From Vulcanimicrobiales bacterium (lineage in GTDB: Bacteria > Vulcanimicrobiota > Vulcanimicrobiia > Vulcanimicrobiales > Vulcanimicrobiaceae), in contig JBBRLI010000008.1 of assembly GCA_038231455.1 (NCBI GenBank), forward strand, positions 32,001 to 96,000: a stretch of DNA of 64,000 nt, given 5' to 3'. Position 1 is the stretch's first letter, and each line of letters starts with the position of its first letter. The notes under the pieces were generated by a model. That model was not told the DNA's origin, made no database searches, and saw only the letters and a list, made by a program, of their open reading frames with translations. Positions 1 to 10,495 of the stretch are shown piece after piece. The position numbers and the translations under genes are program-made.

Positions 1-1580
1 AGCGCAATGCCCATTCGGGCGCGGAGGAAACGCTCGCCACTGCCGACCGTAACCGGTTCGTCAAAGGCGGAAAGCAGGCGCTTTGCGGAAGCCGCGACTT
101 CTTCAATCGTCCGGGCGGCGAGGACGACGGTGAAGATGTCGCCGGCCGGTCGCGAGAGGGTATTAGAATCGTGCAAACTCGCTGCGAGTCGCGCGGCGAT
201 CGTGCACAGTAGACGATCCCCAACGGAGTTGCCCGCGGCTTCGGAGATCGTTTTGAATCCGTCGATTGTAAGTGAGACAACGGCGACGAGTTCGCTGTCC
301 CGTTCCGAACGCGCGATCGCATTGTCGATCCGGTCACGTAGCAGCACGCGATTCGGTAACCCGGTCAATTCATCGAAGTGCAACAGTCGTTCGATCTGCG
401 CCTCGGCCGTTTTGCGCTCCGTGACGTCAAACGCAAAGCCGATGACGCCCTCGATCGCGCCATCAGCCGCCGTCAGCGGTCGCACACAACACTCATGCAG
501 CAAACCGCCAAACTCGGATTCGAAACGGACTTCCTGGCCCTTAAGCGCGCGGCGGTGCGCATCGTGTGCGGGGTGATCCGGTGCGACAATGAACGAGCCG
601 ATCGGCACACCGGCTAACTGATTTGGTTGTAAGCCGAGCTTCGTCAGTCCCGCTCCAAGGCCCGAGGTGAATTTCAGCTGCCGGTCCATCGTCCAAAGAA
701 TTGCGGGCATCTGCCCGAGCAAAAACGCGAGCCGCTCGTCACGCTGGCGGACGCCTTCGCGCGATCGCGTGACCGCCTCACGAAGCCAACCAATTTCGTA
801 GGTACCGACGATCAAGAGGATCAGCCAGCCTGCGATTTCGGGAAGTTCGTTGAGGTGATCTCCGATACTGTCGGGCTGATATGGCAATGCTGCAAGCGCC
901 GTCACGAGGGTATTGCAGAGCGCCACGACCGCGAGCCACGTGTCAACCGCCGACAAGCGCGACCAATTGCGGACAAGAAGCACGCATGCCGCCAAGTCGA
1001 TCAACGCAATCGACAGCAACAGTGCGCTCCACGTTCCGGTAAGGCCGCCGTTCGGCATGAAGAGCGCGGGTAAGACGAACTGGAAGCGGACAGCTACGAA
1101 TGCAGCAACGATTGTCGCCGCGACCGTTGCGACGATGAAGCGTCGCACACGTGGCGCGCGTTCGATCCGCCGATCCAGCATGAACGCTGAGACGAAAATC
1201 GATATGGCAAAGCCGGCGTACGTAAAGCAGAAGAGGAAGCCGCCGGCTTGAAACGTGTTCCCGGGTGGAAGAAACGTCCGCGCGTACGCGTAGATCGGCT
1301 GTTCGAATGCCGAGATCAAGCCAGCGAACAGGTAGCCGCTGGCGAGAACGCCGATGCGGGCCGAGCGGCCCTGCATGGCAAGATTGAAGAGAATCAGCGC
1401 GGTCAGCAGACCGCCGATCCCGGCGATGACGGTCTCGAGCACAGCCGTCGCGTCGTAGCGCGGTAGCGAGACGTTGCGAAGGAACAGTCCCGTAGCGACA
1501 ATGCCAAGCAGCGCTGCGCCAAAAGCGAACGCTGCGCGCCGTTGCTGGTCGGTGATGACGGCATCCGTCTCAACAGCCAT
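1..1580 (-). CDS. Membrane sensor (MASE4-like) + PAS + degenerate GGDEF domain protein, runs off the window start
   Basis: Not in ORF track. Manual translation from ATG at 1580: MAVETDAVIT, several TM helices, PAS (ILWTMDRQLKF...FDVTERK), then HFDELTGLPNR and SRPAGDIF. Confidence 0.85.
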   Translation of the reverse strand, partial: MAVETDAVITDQQRRAAFAFGAALLGIVATGLFLRNVSLPRYDATAVLETVIAGIGGLLTALILFNLAMQGRSARIGVLASGYLFAGLISAFEQPIYAYARTFLPPGNTFQAGGFLFCFTYAGFAISIFVSAFMLDRRIERAPRVRRFIVATVAATIVAAFVAVRFQFVLPALFMPNGGLTGTWSALLLSIALIDLAACVLLVRNWSRLSAVDTWLAVVALCNTLVTALAALPYQPDSIGDHLNELPEIAGWLILLIVGTYEIGWLREAVTRSREGVRQRDERLAFLLGQMPAILWTMDRQLKFTSGLGAGLTKLGLQPNQLAGVPIGSFIVAPDHPAHDAHRRALKGQEVRFESEFGGLLHECCVRPLTAADGAIEGVIGFAFDVTERKTAEAQIERLLHFDELTGLPNRVLLRDRIDNAIARSERDSELVAVVSLTIDGFKTISEAAGNSVGDRLLCTIAARLAASLHDSNTLSRPAGDIFTVVLAARTIEEVAASAKRLLSAFDEPVTVGSGERFLRARMGIA

Positions 1581-1632
1581 GGGGCTTGCTACGTTCGGAC
1601 TCGCGAAAGCCTTACCTCGCTAGAAAAATAGG

Positions 1633-2004
1633 CTACCGGGGTTCCGTTTTGTTCGCGCGCGCGAAGACCATTGCGTCCTCAAGATGATCGAAGACATCGA
1701 GTCTCGATTTGAGCCCCGACATCTCGAGAATCACGCGTGCAGAGGGCAGGTTCGGAATAACGACCGCGAGTTTCTGCCGGTTTTTCGCCAGGCGTGAAGC
1801 AAGCGATCCGAGCGCATGAATCGTGCGACTATCGAAATAGCGGACGTTGGCGAGCGAGACGACGACGACGCCTTTGTTATGACCGGCCGCCTCGCCGAAG
1901 AGCGCTTCGAACCCGTGGACGTTTGACATGTCGAGTTCGCCGAACGCCTCGATGATCGGAATTTCGTCGTTCAAGTGAAGCTCGAATCGAGCTTGGTCGG
2001 TCAT
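1633..2004 (-). CDS. STAS-domain anti-sigma factor antagonist
   Basis: GELDMSN and VRYFDS phosphoacceptor motif, 123 aa; ATGA-coupled to the upstream PP2C gene. Confidence 0.85.
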   Translation of the reverse strand: MTDQARFELHLNDEIPIIEAFGELDMSNVHGFEALFGEAAGHNKGVVVVSLANVRYFDSRTIHALGSLASRLAKNRQKLAVVIPNLPSARVILEMSGLKSRLDVFDHLEDAMVFARANKTEPR

Positions 2005-4559
2005 CGTGTGGTCTCCAGCGTTTCGCGGGCCGGCGCTGCTTGGGCTTTGCGCGGGAAGGTCAGCCGGACCGTCGTGCCGCTTGGACCGGTGTCGACGTCG
2101 ACCTCGGTTCCTAGGGCCTTCATCAAGGGAAGCCCCCGGCCGCGTCCTTCCTCCCGCTCTGGACGCCAGTGCCCCGTATCGCGAACGATAACATGGAGCC
2201 CCGCCTCATTCTCTTCGGCACGGACGTGCAATCGCCCCGAGTCGATCCCGTAGGCGTGTTCGATGACATTGGCGACGGCTTCGCCGACGGCGACTTCGAG
2301 GGCAAAGTGTTCGTCGCGGTCCAGACCGTAGGCGACGGCGTAGCGTTCGAGGCCGGCACGAACGAGTCGAGCGCTTTCCGGCAGTGCTGGCAGTTCGATT
2401 TCGAGTGGCTCCCTTCGCACGCGTAGGCGGGCGACGGTGAGGATAGCAACATCATCGTTCGCGGGGCTTGCAAGGACATGAGATTCGATCGCGTGCGCTT
2501 GATTTGCGCGCCGCGAGACGACCGAGATCGCCGCCTCTTTGAGTTTGGCGATCCCTTCGATCACGTCGCGCCCGTATTCGATGAGACCGTCGGTATAGAG
2601 GACCAGGAGCGCATCGTCTTCGATTGCGACGGTGCGCATCTTCGGTTCGTGTTCGTCGAAGAGTCCGAGCGGAATGCCTTCGAGATCGAGCGTCTCGACG
2701 GTGCCGTCGGCGTGCGCGAGGAGTGGCGGCGGATGGCCGGCGCTCGCAAACGTAAACGAACCGCCGATCGGATCGAGGATGCCGACGACCGCAGTCACCA
2801 TGGTCGTGTTTTCCGAGAGACGCAGCACGCGTTCGGCGGCCATGAGGATCTCATCGGGCGCGAGATCCTGGAGCGCAAAGGCGCGAAACGCTTCGCGAAC
2901 TTTGCCCATCACGACGGCCGCTTTGAGACCGCGGCCTGCGACGTCGCCGATCGAGAGCACGATGCGGCCGTCGTTGAGCTGGAACGCGTCGTACCAGTCG
3001 CCGCCGATCGACGCGTCGAGCATGCCGGGGCGGTAGACCGCATCGAACGAGAGACCGGGCACGCGCGGCAGGGTCGGCGGTAAAAACGCCGCTTGGAGGG
3101 CGTCGGCGACGCGGTGTTCCCGATCGAAGGCGAGCGCGTTCTCGATCGCACTTGCCGCGCGCCGCGCGAGTTCTTGCGCGACGAGCACGTCGTCGGCTTC
3201 GTAGCGCCGTCCAGAATTTGCGTAGATGAGACAGATCGCGCCGATCGTGCGGCCGCCTGCGATCATCGGCGCGTAGATCGCCGAGCGCCAGCCGAACGTC
3301 GCGATTGCCGCAGCGTACTCTTCGCTCGCCGTAATCTCGCGAACGACCTCGGGACTATACGTGATGAGAATCGGCGTGCGTGTCCGCATCGTCTCGGAGA
3401 CTTTGCTTTTCGAATCGAGCGTCCGCGGATGACGTCGCTCGATCGAACTCAAGATCTCGACTTGTTCGGGATCTTCGTGTTCGAGTGCCATCGTGACGAT
3501 CGAGTCGTCTTCTCCGAGCAAAAATACGCCGCACCAATCGGCGATCGAGGGGACCGCCAGGCGTGCGAGGGACCGGCATGTCGTCGTCACGTCAAGCGAC
3601 GCGCCCAGCGTATCGGTCGCCTCCGCCAAGAAACGCAACTGCGCGAGTGCCCGTTTCTGCTCGTCGATATCCGTCGACGTGCCGAACCAGCGCAAGATCT
3701 TTCCGTCGACGTCGCGTTGTGCGATCGCGCGGCCGAGAAACCAGCGGTACGCGCCGTCGGCGCGGCGCAGACGATATTCGCGCTCGTATTCGGCGCCCGG
3801 CGGCGGGCTCGTGTGGAGCCAACTCAAAAACGAATTGTTCACGTCGTCGGGATGAATGCGTTCGGAGAAGCGGCCGGAGATCACACCTTCGCGATCGGTC
3901 CCGCTGAATTCGAACCACCGGTCGTTGAAGTATTCGACGACCCCGGCGGAATTGCAGATCCAGACAATTTGCGGAATCGAGTCCGCAAGATACCGGTAGC
4001 GCGATTCGGCGGTGATCGCATCGCGCTGCGTCCGCGTGCGCTCGGTGATATCGAGATTGATGCCCGCCCAGCCGGTAATCGCGCCGTCGCGAATGACCGG
4101 CGCCCCCCGCGTGAGAATCGTATAGCGTCTTCCGTCAGACGCGGCGATCTCGCTCTCGAATTCGAACGGGTTGCCGGACTTGGTGCGCTTGAGGTATTGG
4201 TTGAGAACCCGGTCGGCGGACGCGCCGTATGTCGAGGTCCAGCCGAAGCCGCGCAGGTCGTCGGGCGTTTTGCCGAAGAGTGCGGCGTACGACGCGCTCA
4301 CCTCGGTGAGTTCGCCCGTCGGTAGTCCCGCCCACACGCCGAAGGGGATCGAGTCGCCGGTCGCCAGATACTCGGCACGCGATTGTGCGAGACCCCGGAA
4401 GGCGCGCGTCCGCGCGCGGGCAATCGAGGTGAGCGCGACGAGATTCGCCGCGAGCAAAACCAAGATGGATGTGACGAGTTTGTACGGCGCAGGGACGACG
4501 GCAACGACGACGATACCGGCCGCTATTAAAGCCGCCGAAATCGCAAGAAGCCGACGCAT
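2001..4559 (-). CDS. PAS-PAS-GAF-SpoIIE (PP2C phosphatase)-HATPase_c partner-switching sensor
   Basis: Two N-terminal TM segments, PAS domains, GAF, GGDWYD/GDVAGRG/LYTDGL/DDVA motifs, C-terminal EAVANVIEHAY...GRGL. Start placed at MRRLLA. Confidence 0.9.
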   Translation of the reverse strand: MRRLLAISAALIAAGIVVVAVVPAPYKLVTSILVLLAANLVALTSIARARTRAFRGLAQSRAEYLATGDSIPFGVWAGLPTGELTEVSASYAALFGKTPDDLRGFGWTSTYGASADRVLNQYLKRTKSGNPFEFESEIAASDGRRYTILTRGAPVIRDGAITGWAGINLDITERTRTQRDAITAESRYRYLADSIPQIVWICNSAGVVEYFNDRWFEFSGTDREGVISGRFSERIHPDDVNNSFLSWLHTSPPPGAEYEREYRLRRADGAYRWFLGRAIAQRDVDGKILRWFGTSTDIDEQKRALAQLRFLAEATDTLGASLDVTTTCRSLARLAVPSIADWCGVFLLGEDDSIVTMALEHEDPEQVEILSSIERRHPRTLDSKSKVSETMRTRTPILITYSPEVVREITASEEYAAAIATFGWRSAIYAPMIAGGRTIGAICLIYANSGRRYEADDVLVAQELARRAASAIENALAFDREHRVADALQAAFLPPTLPRVPGLSFDAVYRPGMLDASIGGDWYDAFQLNDGRIVLSIGDVAGRGLKAAVVMGKVREAFRAFALQDLAPDEILMAAERVLRLSENTTMVTAVVGILDPIGGSFTFASAGHPPPLLAHADGTVETLDLEGIPLGLFDEHEPKMRTVAIEDDALLVLYTDGLIEYGRDVIEGIAKLKEAAISVVSRRANQAHAIESHVLASPANDDVAILTVARLRVRREPLEIELPALPESARLVRAGLERYAVAYGLDRDEHFALEVAVGEAVANVIEHAYGIDSGRLHVRAEENEAGLHVIVRDTGHWRPEREEGRGRGLPLMKALGTEVDVDTGPSGTTVRLTFPRKAQAAPARETLETTR

Positions 4560-4663
4560 CCGCGCGAACAAGCGCACGGGGGACGGAGCCACGCGTAGTG
4601 CTTCGGCCTTCTGCTTCACATCCCCGGCACTTCGTGCGCGTCTCCACGCGAAAGGCTCCACCC

Positions 4664-5536
4664 GTGAAACTCCTTACATTTACTGCCGGAACGGAACCCC
4701 GCTTCGGAGCCGCGGTCGAGCGGGAGGGTCATATGGGGGTTATCGACCTGGTCGCCGCAGATTCGCGTCTCCCGGCGACGTTGGACGCCTATCTTGCCGC
4801 CGAGTGCGCCGCACGCCCGCTCATCGAGGGAGTGCTAGCCCGGTCCGATGTGCCACTGCTAGGGCTCGAGTCGGTCCGGCTGTTGCCGCCCGTCGCCCGC
4901 CCATCCAAAGTGCTCTGCATCGGCCTCAACTACCGCGACCATGCCGCCGAAGTGAAGCTCGATTTGCCGACGTCGCCGACGGTTTTTGCAAAGTTCGCAA
5001 GCACGCTTGTGGGTGCTAACGCAGCGATCGTGATCCCCAAGCAAAGCGATCAAGTCGATTATGAAGCCGAACTGGCCTTCGTCATCGGTCGTCGCGCGCA
5101 CAACGTCGCGGAGTCTGACGCCTACGATTACGTGGCGGGTTATACGATCTTCAACGACGTCAGCGTGCGTGACGTGCAGATGCGCACGTCGCAGTGGACG
5201 CTTGGGAAAGCATTCGACACGCACGGACCGATCGGGCCATGGATCGTCACCCCCGACGAAATCCCCGACACGCATGTGCTCGGCATCCGGCTGCGCATTG
5301 GGGATGAACTGCTGCAGAATTCCTCGACCGAGCAACTCGTCTTCCGCATCCCGCGCTTGATCGCCGAACTGAGCGCCGTCATGACCCTCGAACCGGGCGA
5401 CATCGTCGCGACCGGAACGCCCGCGGGCGTGGGGTTCATCAAAAAGCCGCCGCGCTATTTGCTCGCGGGAGAGCGAGTGCGCGTCGAGATTGACGGCATC
5501 GGCGCGCTTGAGAACCCGGTGGCGGCTCAGCGATGA
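4664..5536 (+). CDS. Fumarylacetoacetate hydrolase family protein
   Basis: CIGLNYRDH, DYEAEL, NDVSVRD, TGTPAGVG. GTG start at 4664. Confidence 0.9.
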   Translation: MKLLTFTAGTEPRFGAAVEREGHMGVIDLVAADSRLPATLDAYLAAECAARPLIEGVLARSDVPLLGLESVRLLPPVARPSKVLCIGLNYRDHAAEVKLDLPTSPTVFAKFASTLVGANAAIVIPKQSDQVDYEAELAFVIGRRAHNVAESDAYDYVAGYTIFNDVSVRDVQMRTSQWTLGKAFDTHGPIGPWIVTPDEIPDTHVLGIRLRIGDELLQNSSTEQLVFRIPRLIAELSAVMTLEPGDIVATGTPAGVGFIKKPPRYLLAGERVRVEIDGIGALENPVAAQR

Positions 5537-5591
5537 AACGCTGTACCGCGCGTCAACCGGATCGCTTGGCCACAGGCGAGAAGCTCTTTGC

Positions 5592-6062
5592 GTGAGTACG
5601 CCGATTCGCTATGACCCCGCCCTGCTCGTCGCGCAAGCGAAGGCCCTGATCGAAGATGAGCGCGATCCGATCGCCAATGCCGCGAACGTCGCCGCGCTCA
5701 TCTTCGGTTCGCTCGATCGACTGAATTGGGCTGGCTTCTATTTCATGCGCGGCGGCGAACTCGTGCTCGGTCCGTTTCAAGGCAAGACGGCCTGCACGCG
5801 TATCGGCGTCGGCAAAGGCGTTTGTGGCACGGCCGTTGCGGAGCGCCGCACGCTCGTCGTCGCCGACGTCGAAGCGTTCCCGGGTCACATCGCGTGCGAT
5901 AGCGCGTCGCGCTCCGAACTCGTCGTGCCGCTCGTGCGCGACGGCGTCGTCTTTGGCGTCATCGACTGCGATAGTCCCGAACTTGCACGTTTTGATGATG
6001 ACGAACGCGTGCTGATCGAAGCGGTGGCGCAGCACTACGTCGCGGGTTCGGACCCGCTCTAA
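5592..6062 (+). CDS. msrC: GAF-domain free methionine-R-sulfoxide reductase
   Basis: NWAGFY, LGPFQG..AC, GVCG, HIACD..SRSE motifs. Confidence 0.85.
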   Translation: MSTPIRYDPALLVAQAKALIEDERDPIANAANVAALIFGSLDRLNWAGFYFMRGGELVLGPFQGKTACTRIGVGKGVCGTAVAERRTLVVADVEAFPGHIACDSASRSELVVPLVRDGVVFGVIDCDSPELARFDDDERVLIEAVAQHYVAGSDPL

Positions 6063-7471
6063 CCGAGCGTCATCGTTTCCAGTCGCAAGAGGCCACGCGC
6101 GCGCGCGCTGGCAAGATCGACGACGAGGACGAGTGCAATAGCGACGATCACGTAGGCGAGCAATGCGTGATAGTGCAGGAGCTGCTGTTCGCTGAAGATC
6201 GCTTGACCGAGACCACCCGCGCCGACCATGCCGAGAATCGTCGATGCGCGAATATTCCATTCGAACCGGTACAGCGCGTGAGCGGCGATCGCGGGGAGCG
6301 CGGCTGGTAAGAAGCCGACCGCGAATGCGGCGCTCGCACGCGCGCCGCCGGCGATGAGGGCTTCGGCCGCGTCGCGATCTCCGAGCTCGACGCTCTCCGC
6401 GATGAGTTTCGCAAGAACGCAGGCGGTGTGCACGACGAGCGCCAGCGCTCCGGCCTTCGGCCCGAGTCCAACGAAGATAATCGCGATGAGACCGAGGGCA
6501 ATCGGCGGGATCGCGCGGCCGACGGCGATTACGCCGCGCGCGATGAGTTCGCTTGCAAGCGACCACGGGCGCCAGCCGGTTCCGCGCATCCAGCCGCGCG
6601 CGATCGGTTGGGCGATCAGCACCGCAATCGGCACGGCGATGAGCACGCCGCCGAGCGTGCCGACGAGCGCGACGATCAGCGATTCCCATAGGCCAAAGGC
6701 CGCGACGCCCAGGAAGTCGCCGCCAAAATCCGGCGGGAGCGCGCCTTCGAAAAAGCGCGCGAGATGCTGCGGCGCGTTGTGAAGCGCGCGCCACGGAGGC
6801 GAATCGGTGAACGCGAACGCCGCGATCCCGCCAAGCACGATCGCGCCGAATGCGCTGAGGGTAAGCCAAGCCGGTGCGCGCGTGCGTAAACGTTCGGCGA
6901 TTGCGTCGACGACGATGACGAGCGCCGCGAGTACCGTCAGAAAAAATCCAAAACCGCGATAGTCGCCGACGGCCAAATCCTGAACGAGGACGCTTCCGAT
7001 CCCGCCCGCGCCGACGACGCCGACGATTACCGATGCACGAATGATGCTCTCGAACGCATACGCACCAAAACTGACGAGCCCCGGCCACGCGTAGGGCACG
7101 ATGCCGATAAGAAACGCCGTGGTCGTCGTCGCTCCGGTCGCGCGCAGCGACTCGGCTCCGTCGCGCCGGACGGCGCCCAGAATCTCCGCGTAGAGTTTCG
7201 CGACGACGGCGGTATAGTGAAGACCCAGGGCCGCGACGCCCGCGATCGGTCCGAGGCCCAGCGCGACGACGGCGATGATGGCGAGGACGAGTTCCGGGAT
7301 CGCACGCACGAATGTCAGCGCCCCGGCAAGAATGCGTCCCGTCCGGCCGCGGCGCGCGAGCACGAGCGCGAGCGGGACGCCGAGGAGCATGGCCAGACTA
7401 AGCGCGCCGCAAGCGATGCCGATCGTTGCGAGGACGGTCTCGCGCAGATACGCGAGCGCTACGGGATTCAT
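6059..7471 (-). CDS. phnE: Phosphonate/phosphite ABC permease with two fused PhnE/PtxC domains
   Basis: Repeated RAIP...KLxAE...FExxIRAS...GxVGAGG modules. Confidence 0.8.
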   Translation of the reverse strand: MNPVALAYLRETVLATIGIACGALSLAMLLGVPLALVLARRGRTGRILAGALTFVRAIPELVLAIIAVVALGLGPIAGVAALGLHYTAVVAKLYAEILGAVRRDGAESLRATGATTTTAFLIGIVPYAWPGLVSFGAYAFESIIRASVIVGVVGAGGIGSVLVQDLAVGDYRGFGFFLTVLAALVIVVDAIAERLRTRAPAWLTLSAFGAIVLGGIAAFAFTDSPPWRALHNAPQHLARFFEGALPPDFGGDFLGVAAFGLWESLIVALVGTLGGVLIAVPIAVLIAQPIARGWMRGTGWRPWSLASELIARGVIAVGRAIPPIALGLIAIIFVGLGPKAGALALVVHTACVLAKLIAESVELGDRDAAEALIAGGARASAAFAVGFLPAALPAIAAHALYRFEWNIRASTILGMVGAGGLGQAIFSEQQLLHYHALLAYVIVAIALVLVVDLASARARGLLRLETMTLG

Positions 7472-7558
7472 GTCGGGCCAGGTGACGCGTCGCGGCCTTG
7501 AATTCCCCCTTGACCGGCAATGCCGAGGGTTGCCGCAGGCCGATGCGAACAGACGCGC

Positions 7559-10417
7559 ATGCAACGTCGGCTTACCGCACTCGTTCTTCTTTCACTGCTC
7601 CTCACGCCGGCGGGCGCGTTGGCGCAATCCGTGCCCGCTCCGCTCGACTATAAAGCGTACGACGGCTGGACTGCGATCCGGTCGGTTGCCATTGCCGATG
7701 ACGGGACGTCAATCGCGTACGCACTGGTGCCCGAAGACGGCGACTCGACGCTCGTCGTGCGTACGCTTGCGAGCGGCAAGGAGGTGCGCGAACCGCGCGG
7801 ACTCGCGCCGAGTTACACGGGCGACGGGATGTTCGTGATCTACACCGTCGCGCCGCTCAAAGCCGATGTCGACGCGGCGAAAAAAGCGAAGAAGAAGCCC
7901 GAAGATTCGCCGAAGAACGGCGTCGGACTCCTCGACCTTGCGACGGGCACGGCGGTTACGTTCGAGCGCATCAAGGAATTTAAAGTCGCAAAACACGGCG
8001 GCCGATTCGTCGCTTTTCTTGCCGAGCCAAAAAAAGCTGCGCCGGTAAAGACCGACGTACCGACGGGGACGCCGATTCCGAGTCCGACCGGCGCGGCGAG
8101 CGCAAGTCCCACACCCTCGTCTGCTCCGACGCCGGACGCGAAGAAAAAGGACGACGGCGCGGAGTTGACGATCCGCGACTTGCAGACCGCGACCAACGTT
8201 CGTGTTGGGAACGTCGTCGACTTTGCGCTCAGTGCGGACGACGCGTACGTTGCCTACGCGACGCAATCCAAAGACGGCAAAGCCGACGGAATGCACGTCC
8301 GTTCGCTTGCGAACGGCACCGTGCGCGATCTCGGCACGGGCCCCGGCCACTTTAGCAATCTCGCGTTCTCCCCCGAAGGTGCGCAACTCGCTTACTTGAG
8401 CGACGCTGCCACCTTTGCAAACGATTCACCGCGTTACGCGGCGTTTGCCGTGGATGCCGCAGCCGCCGATGCGAAGGTACGCACCGTCGTCGATGCGACG
8501 ACGGCGGGCTTGCCCGGTACGCTCGCGCCGAATTCCAATGGCACGCTCGTCTTTACGAAGGACGGAAAAAAACTGTTCGTCGGCACGGCTGCCGTGCCGA
8601 CGCCGCAACCGCTCGATACGCCCGAACCGGTGGGCGTCGATCTGTGGAGTTATCGCGACGCGCAGCTGCAATCCGTGCAGAAGCACGATGCCGATCTCAT
8701 CGCAAAGCGCACCTTGCGCGGCGTCGTCGATCTCTCGACGGGAGCGTACCTCCAACTCGCGTCTGTCGATATGCGGACCATTCTTGCGAGCGACGAACCG
8801 GGCGATTACGTGCTGGGGATCGATTCGCGCGCGTACGACCGAGCGTCGTCGTGGGCTCCAAATCGGCGCGATGATTATTTCGTATCGCTTGCCGACGGCT
8901 CGCGCCGCCTCGCTTTACGCGGCGTCGCCGAAGACGACCGTCTTTCGCCCGCGGCCAACTACGTCATCGGCTACGACGAAAAGGCGCGCGTCTTCACCAT
9001 CGTCCGCGCCCGCGACGGACATCGCGCAACCGTCGCGCCCCCCAAAGGCGCGGGCTGGTTCGACGAACTCGACGATCATCCGAATCCGCCACCGCCGTAC
9101 GGCATCGGCGGGTGGGTCGCAGGCGATCGCGGCGTCGTGGTTTACGACCGCTACGATATGTGGCTTGCCGATCCCGATACGGGCGCACTCACGAGCCTCA
9201 CGAAGAGCGTCGGCCGCAAAAACCATATCGTCTTTCGCGCGCTGGCGCTCGATCGCAATCGTACGAGTTTTGCGCTCGATGCCCCGCTCGTAGCGACGGC
9301 GTTCGACGAACGCACGAAAGACTCGGGGATCTATTCTGCCGACGTTCGGGGAGCGAGCGCGCCGAAGCGGATCGTCATGCAGCCGCGCGCGATCGGCGTT
9401 CCGCTCAAAGCCAAATCCGCCGAGGTCTACGCGTTCACGTGGCAGAGCTTCGTTGAGACGCCAAACCTGTACGTCTCAGGCTTCGACTTTGCCGCAGCAA
9501 AGAAAATCAGCGACGCGAATCCGCAGCAAGCGCAGTATCGCTGGGGTACCGCACACCTGATTCACTACAAGAGCGCGCTCGGAAAAGCGATGGAGGGCGT
9601 CGCGCTCCTCCCGGATGGCTACGACAAGACTAAGAAATATCCGATGCTCGTGTATTTCTACGAACGCTATAGCGACACGCTCAACGCATACCGTACGCCG
9701 GCACCCGGTACGAGCCCGAATTTCATCCGCTACGTGAGCAACGGCTACGTCGTGCTCTTGCCCGACGTCGCGTATGAAAACGGTCACCCCGGTCGCAGCG
9801 CTTTGCACTGCATTCTTCCGGCGATCGATGCGACGGAGAAACAGTATTCGATCGACGACAAACGCGTTGGGATCGCCGGTCACAGCTGGGCGGCCTACCA
9901 GATCAACTACATGATCACGCAGACGCACCGGTTCCGCGCGGTCGAAGCAGGAGCGGCCGTTGCCAATATGACCAGCGCCTACGGCGGCATCCGTCTCGAG
10001 AGCGGCGTCGTTCGCGAAGGTCAGTACGAGTACGGCCAGAGCCGCATCGGCGCGACCCCATGGGATCGCCCCGATCTGTATCTTGAAAATTCGGGTCTCT
10101 TCCACGTTCAGAACGTGAGGACGCCGTATCTCACGATCCACAACGATGCCGACGATGCCGTGCCGTGGTCGCAGGGCGTCGAGTATTTCACCGCGATGCG
10201 TCGCCTCAACAAACAAGCTTACATGTTCACGTTCAACGGTGAGGTGCACAACCTGCGCGGCCGCGAAGCGCAGAAATACTGGACGGTTCACATGGACGAG
10301 TGGTTCGATCACTTCCTCAAAGGCGCTCCGGAGCCGAGTTGGATGGCGACCGGCGTCGCCTATCCCGACCACGGCAAACGCAACGTACGCGTGCTGTTCG
10401 GAGAAAAGGATCTGTAG
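7559..10417 (+). CDS. Secreted S9 (prolyl oligopeptidase family) peptidase
   Basis: Signal peptide, beta-propeller region, GHSWA nucleophile elbow, DDAVP Asp, EVH His. Confidence 0.85.
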   Translation: MQRRLTALVLLSLLLTPAGALAQSVPAPLDYKAYDGWTAIRSVAIADDGTSIAYALVPEDGDSTLVVRTLASGKEVREPRGLAPSYTGDGMFVIYTVAPLKADVDAAKKAKKKPEDSPKNGVGLLDLATGTAVTFERIKEFKVAKHGGRFVAFLAEPKKAAPVKTDVPTGTPIPSPTGAASASPTPSSAPTPDAKKKDDGAELTIRDLQTATNVRVGNVVDFALSADDAYVAYATQSKDGKADGMHVRSLANGTVRDLGTGPGHFSNLAFSPEGAQLAYLSDAATFANDSPRYAAFAVDAAAADAKVRTVVDATTAGLPGTLAPNSNGTLVFTKDGKKLFVGTAAVPTPQPLDTPEPVGVDLWSYRDAQLQSVQKHDADLIAKRTLRGVVDLSTGAYLQLASVDMRTILASDEPGDYVLGIDSRAYDRASSWAPNRRDDYFVSLADGSRRLALRGVAEDDRLSPAANYVIGYDEKARVFTIVRARDGHRATVAPPKGAGWFDELDDHPNPPPPYGIGGWVAGDRGVVVYDRYDMWLADPDTGALTSLTKSVGRKNHIVFRALALDRNRTSFALDAPLVATAFDERTKDSGIYSADVRGASAPKRIVMQPRAIGVPLKAKSAEVYAFTWQSFVETPNLYVSGFDFAAAKKISDANPQQAQYRWGTAHLIHYKSALGKAMEGVALLPDGYDKTKKYPMLVYFYERYSDTLNAYRTPAPGTSPNFIRYVSNGYVVLLPDVAYENGHPGRSALHCILPAIDATEKQYSIDDKRVGIAGHSWAAYQINYMITQTHRFRAVEAGAAVANMTSAYGGIRLESGVVREGQYEYGQSRIGATPWDRPDLYLENSGLFHVQNVRTPYLTIHNDADDAVPWSQGVEYFTAMRRLNKQAYMFTFNGEVHNLRGREAQKYWTVHMDEWFDHFLKGAPEPSWMATGVAYPDHGKRNVRVLFGEKDL

Positions 10418-10495
10418 GCAATCTCTTAACGCGGGCGGCACAAACGACGAGCGAGTGAGAGCGGAGCCCACAGCTCGCACTCGAATTGGGGAGCG

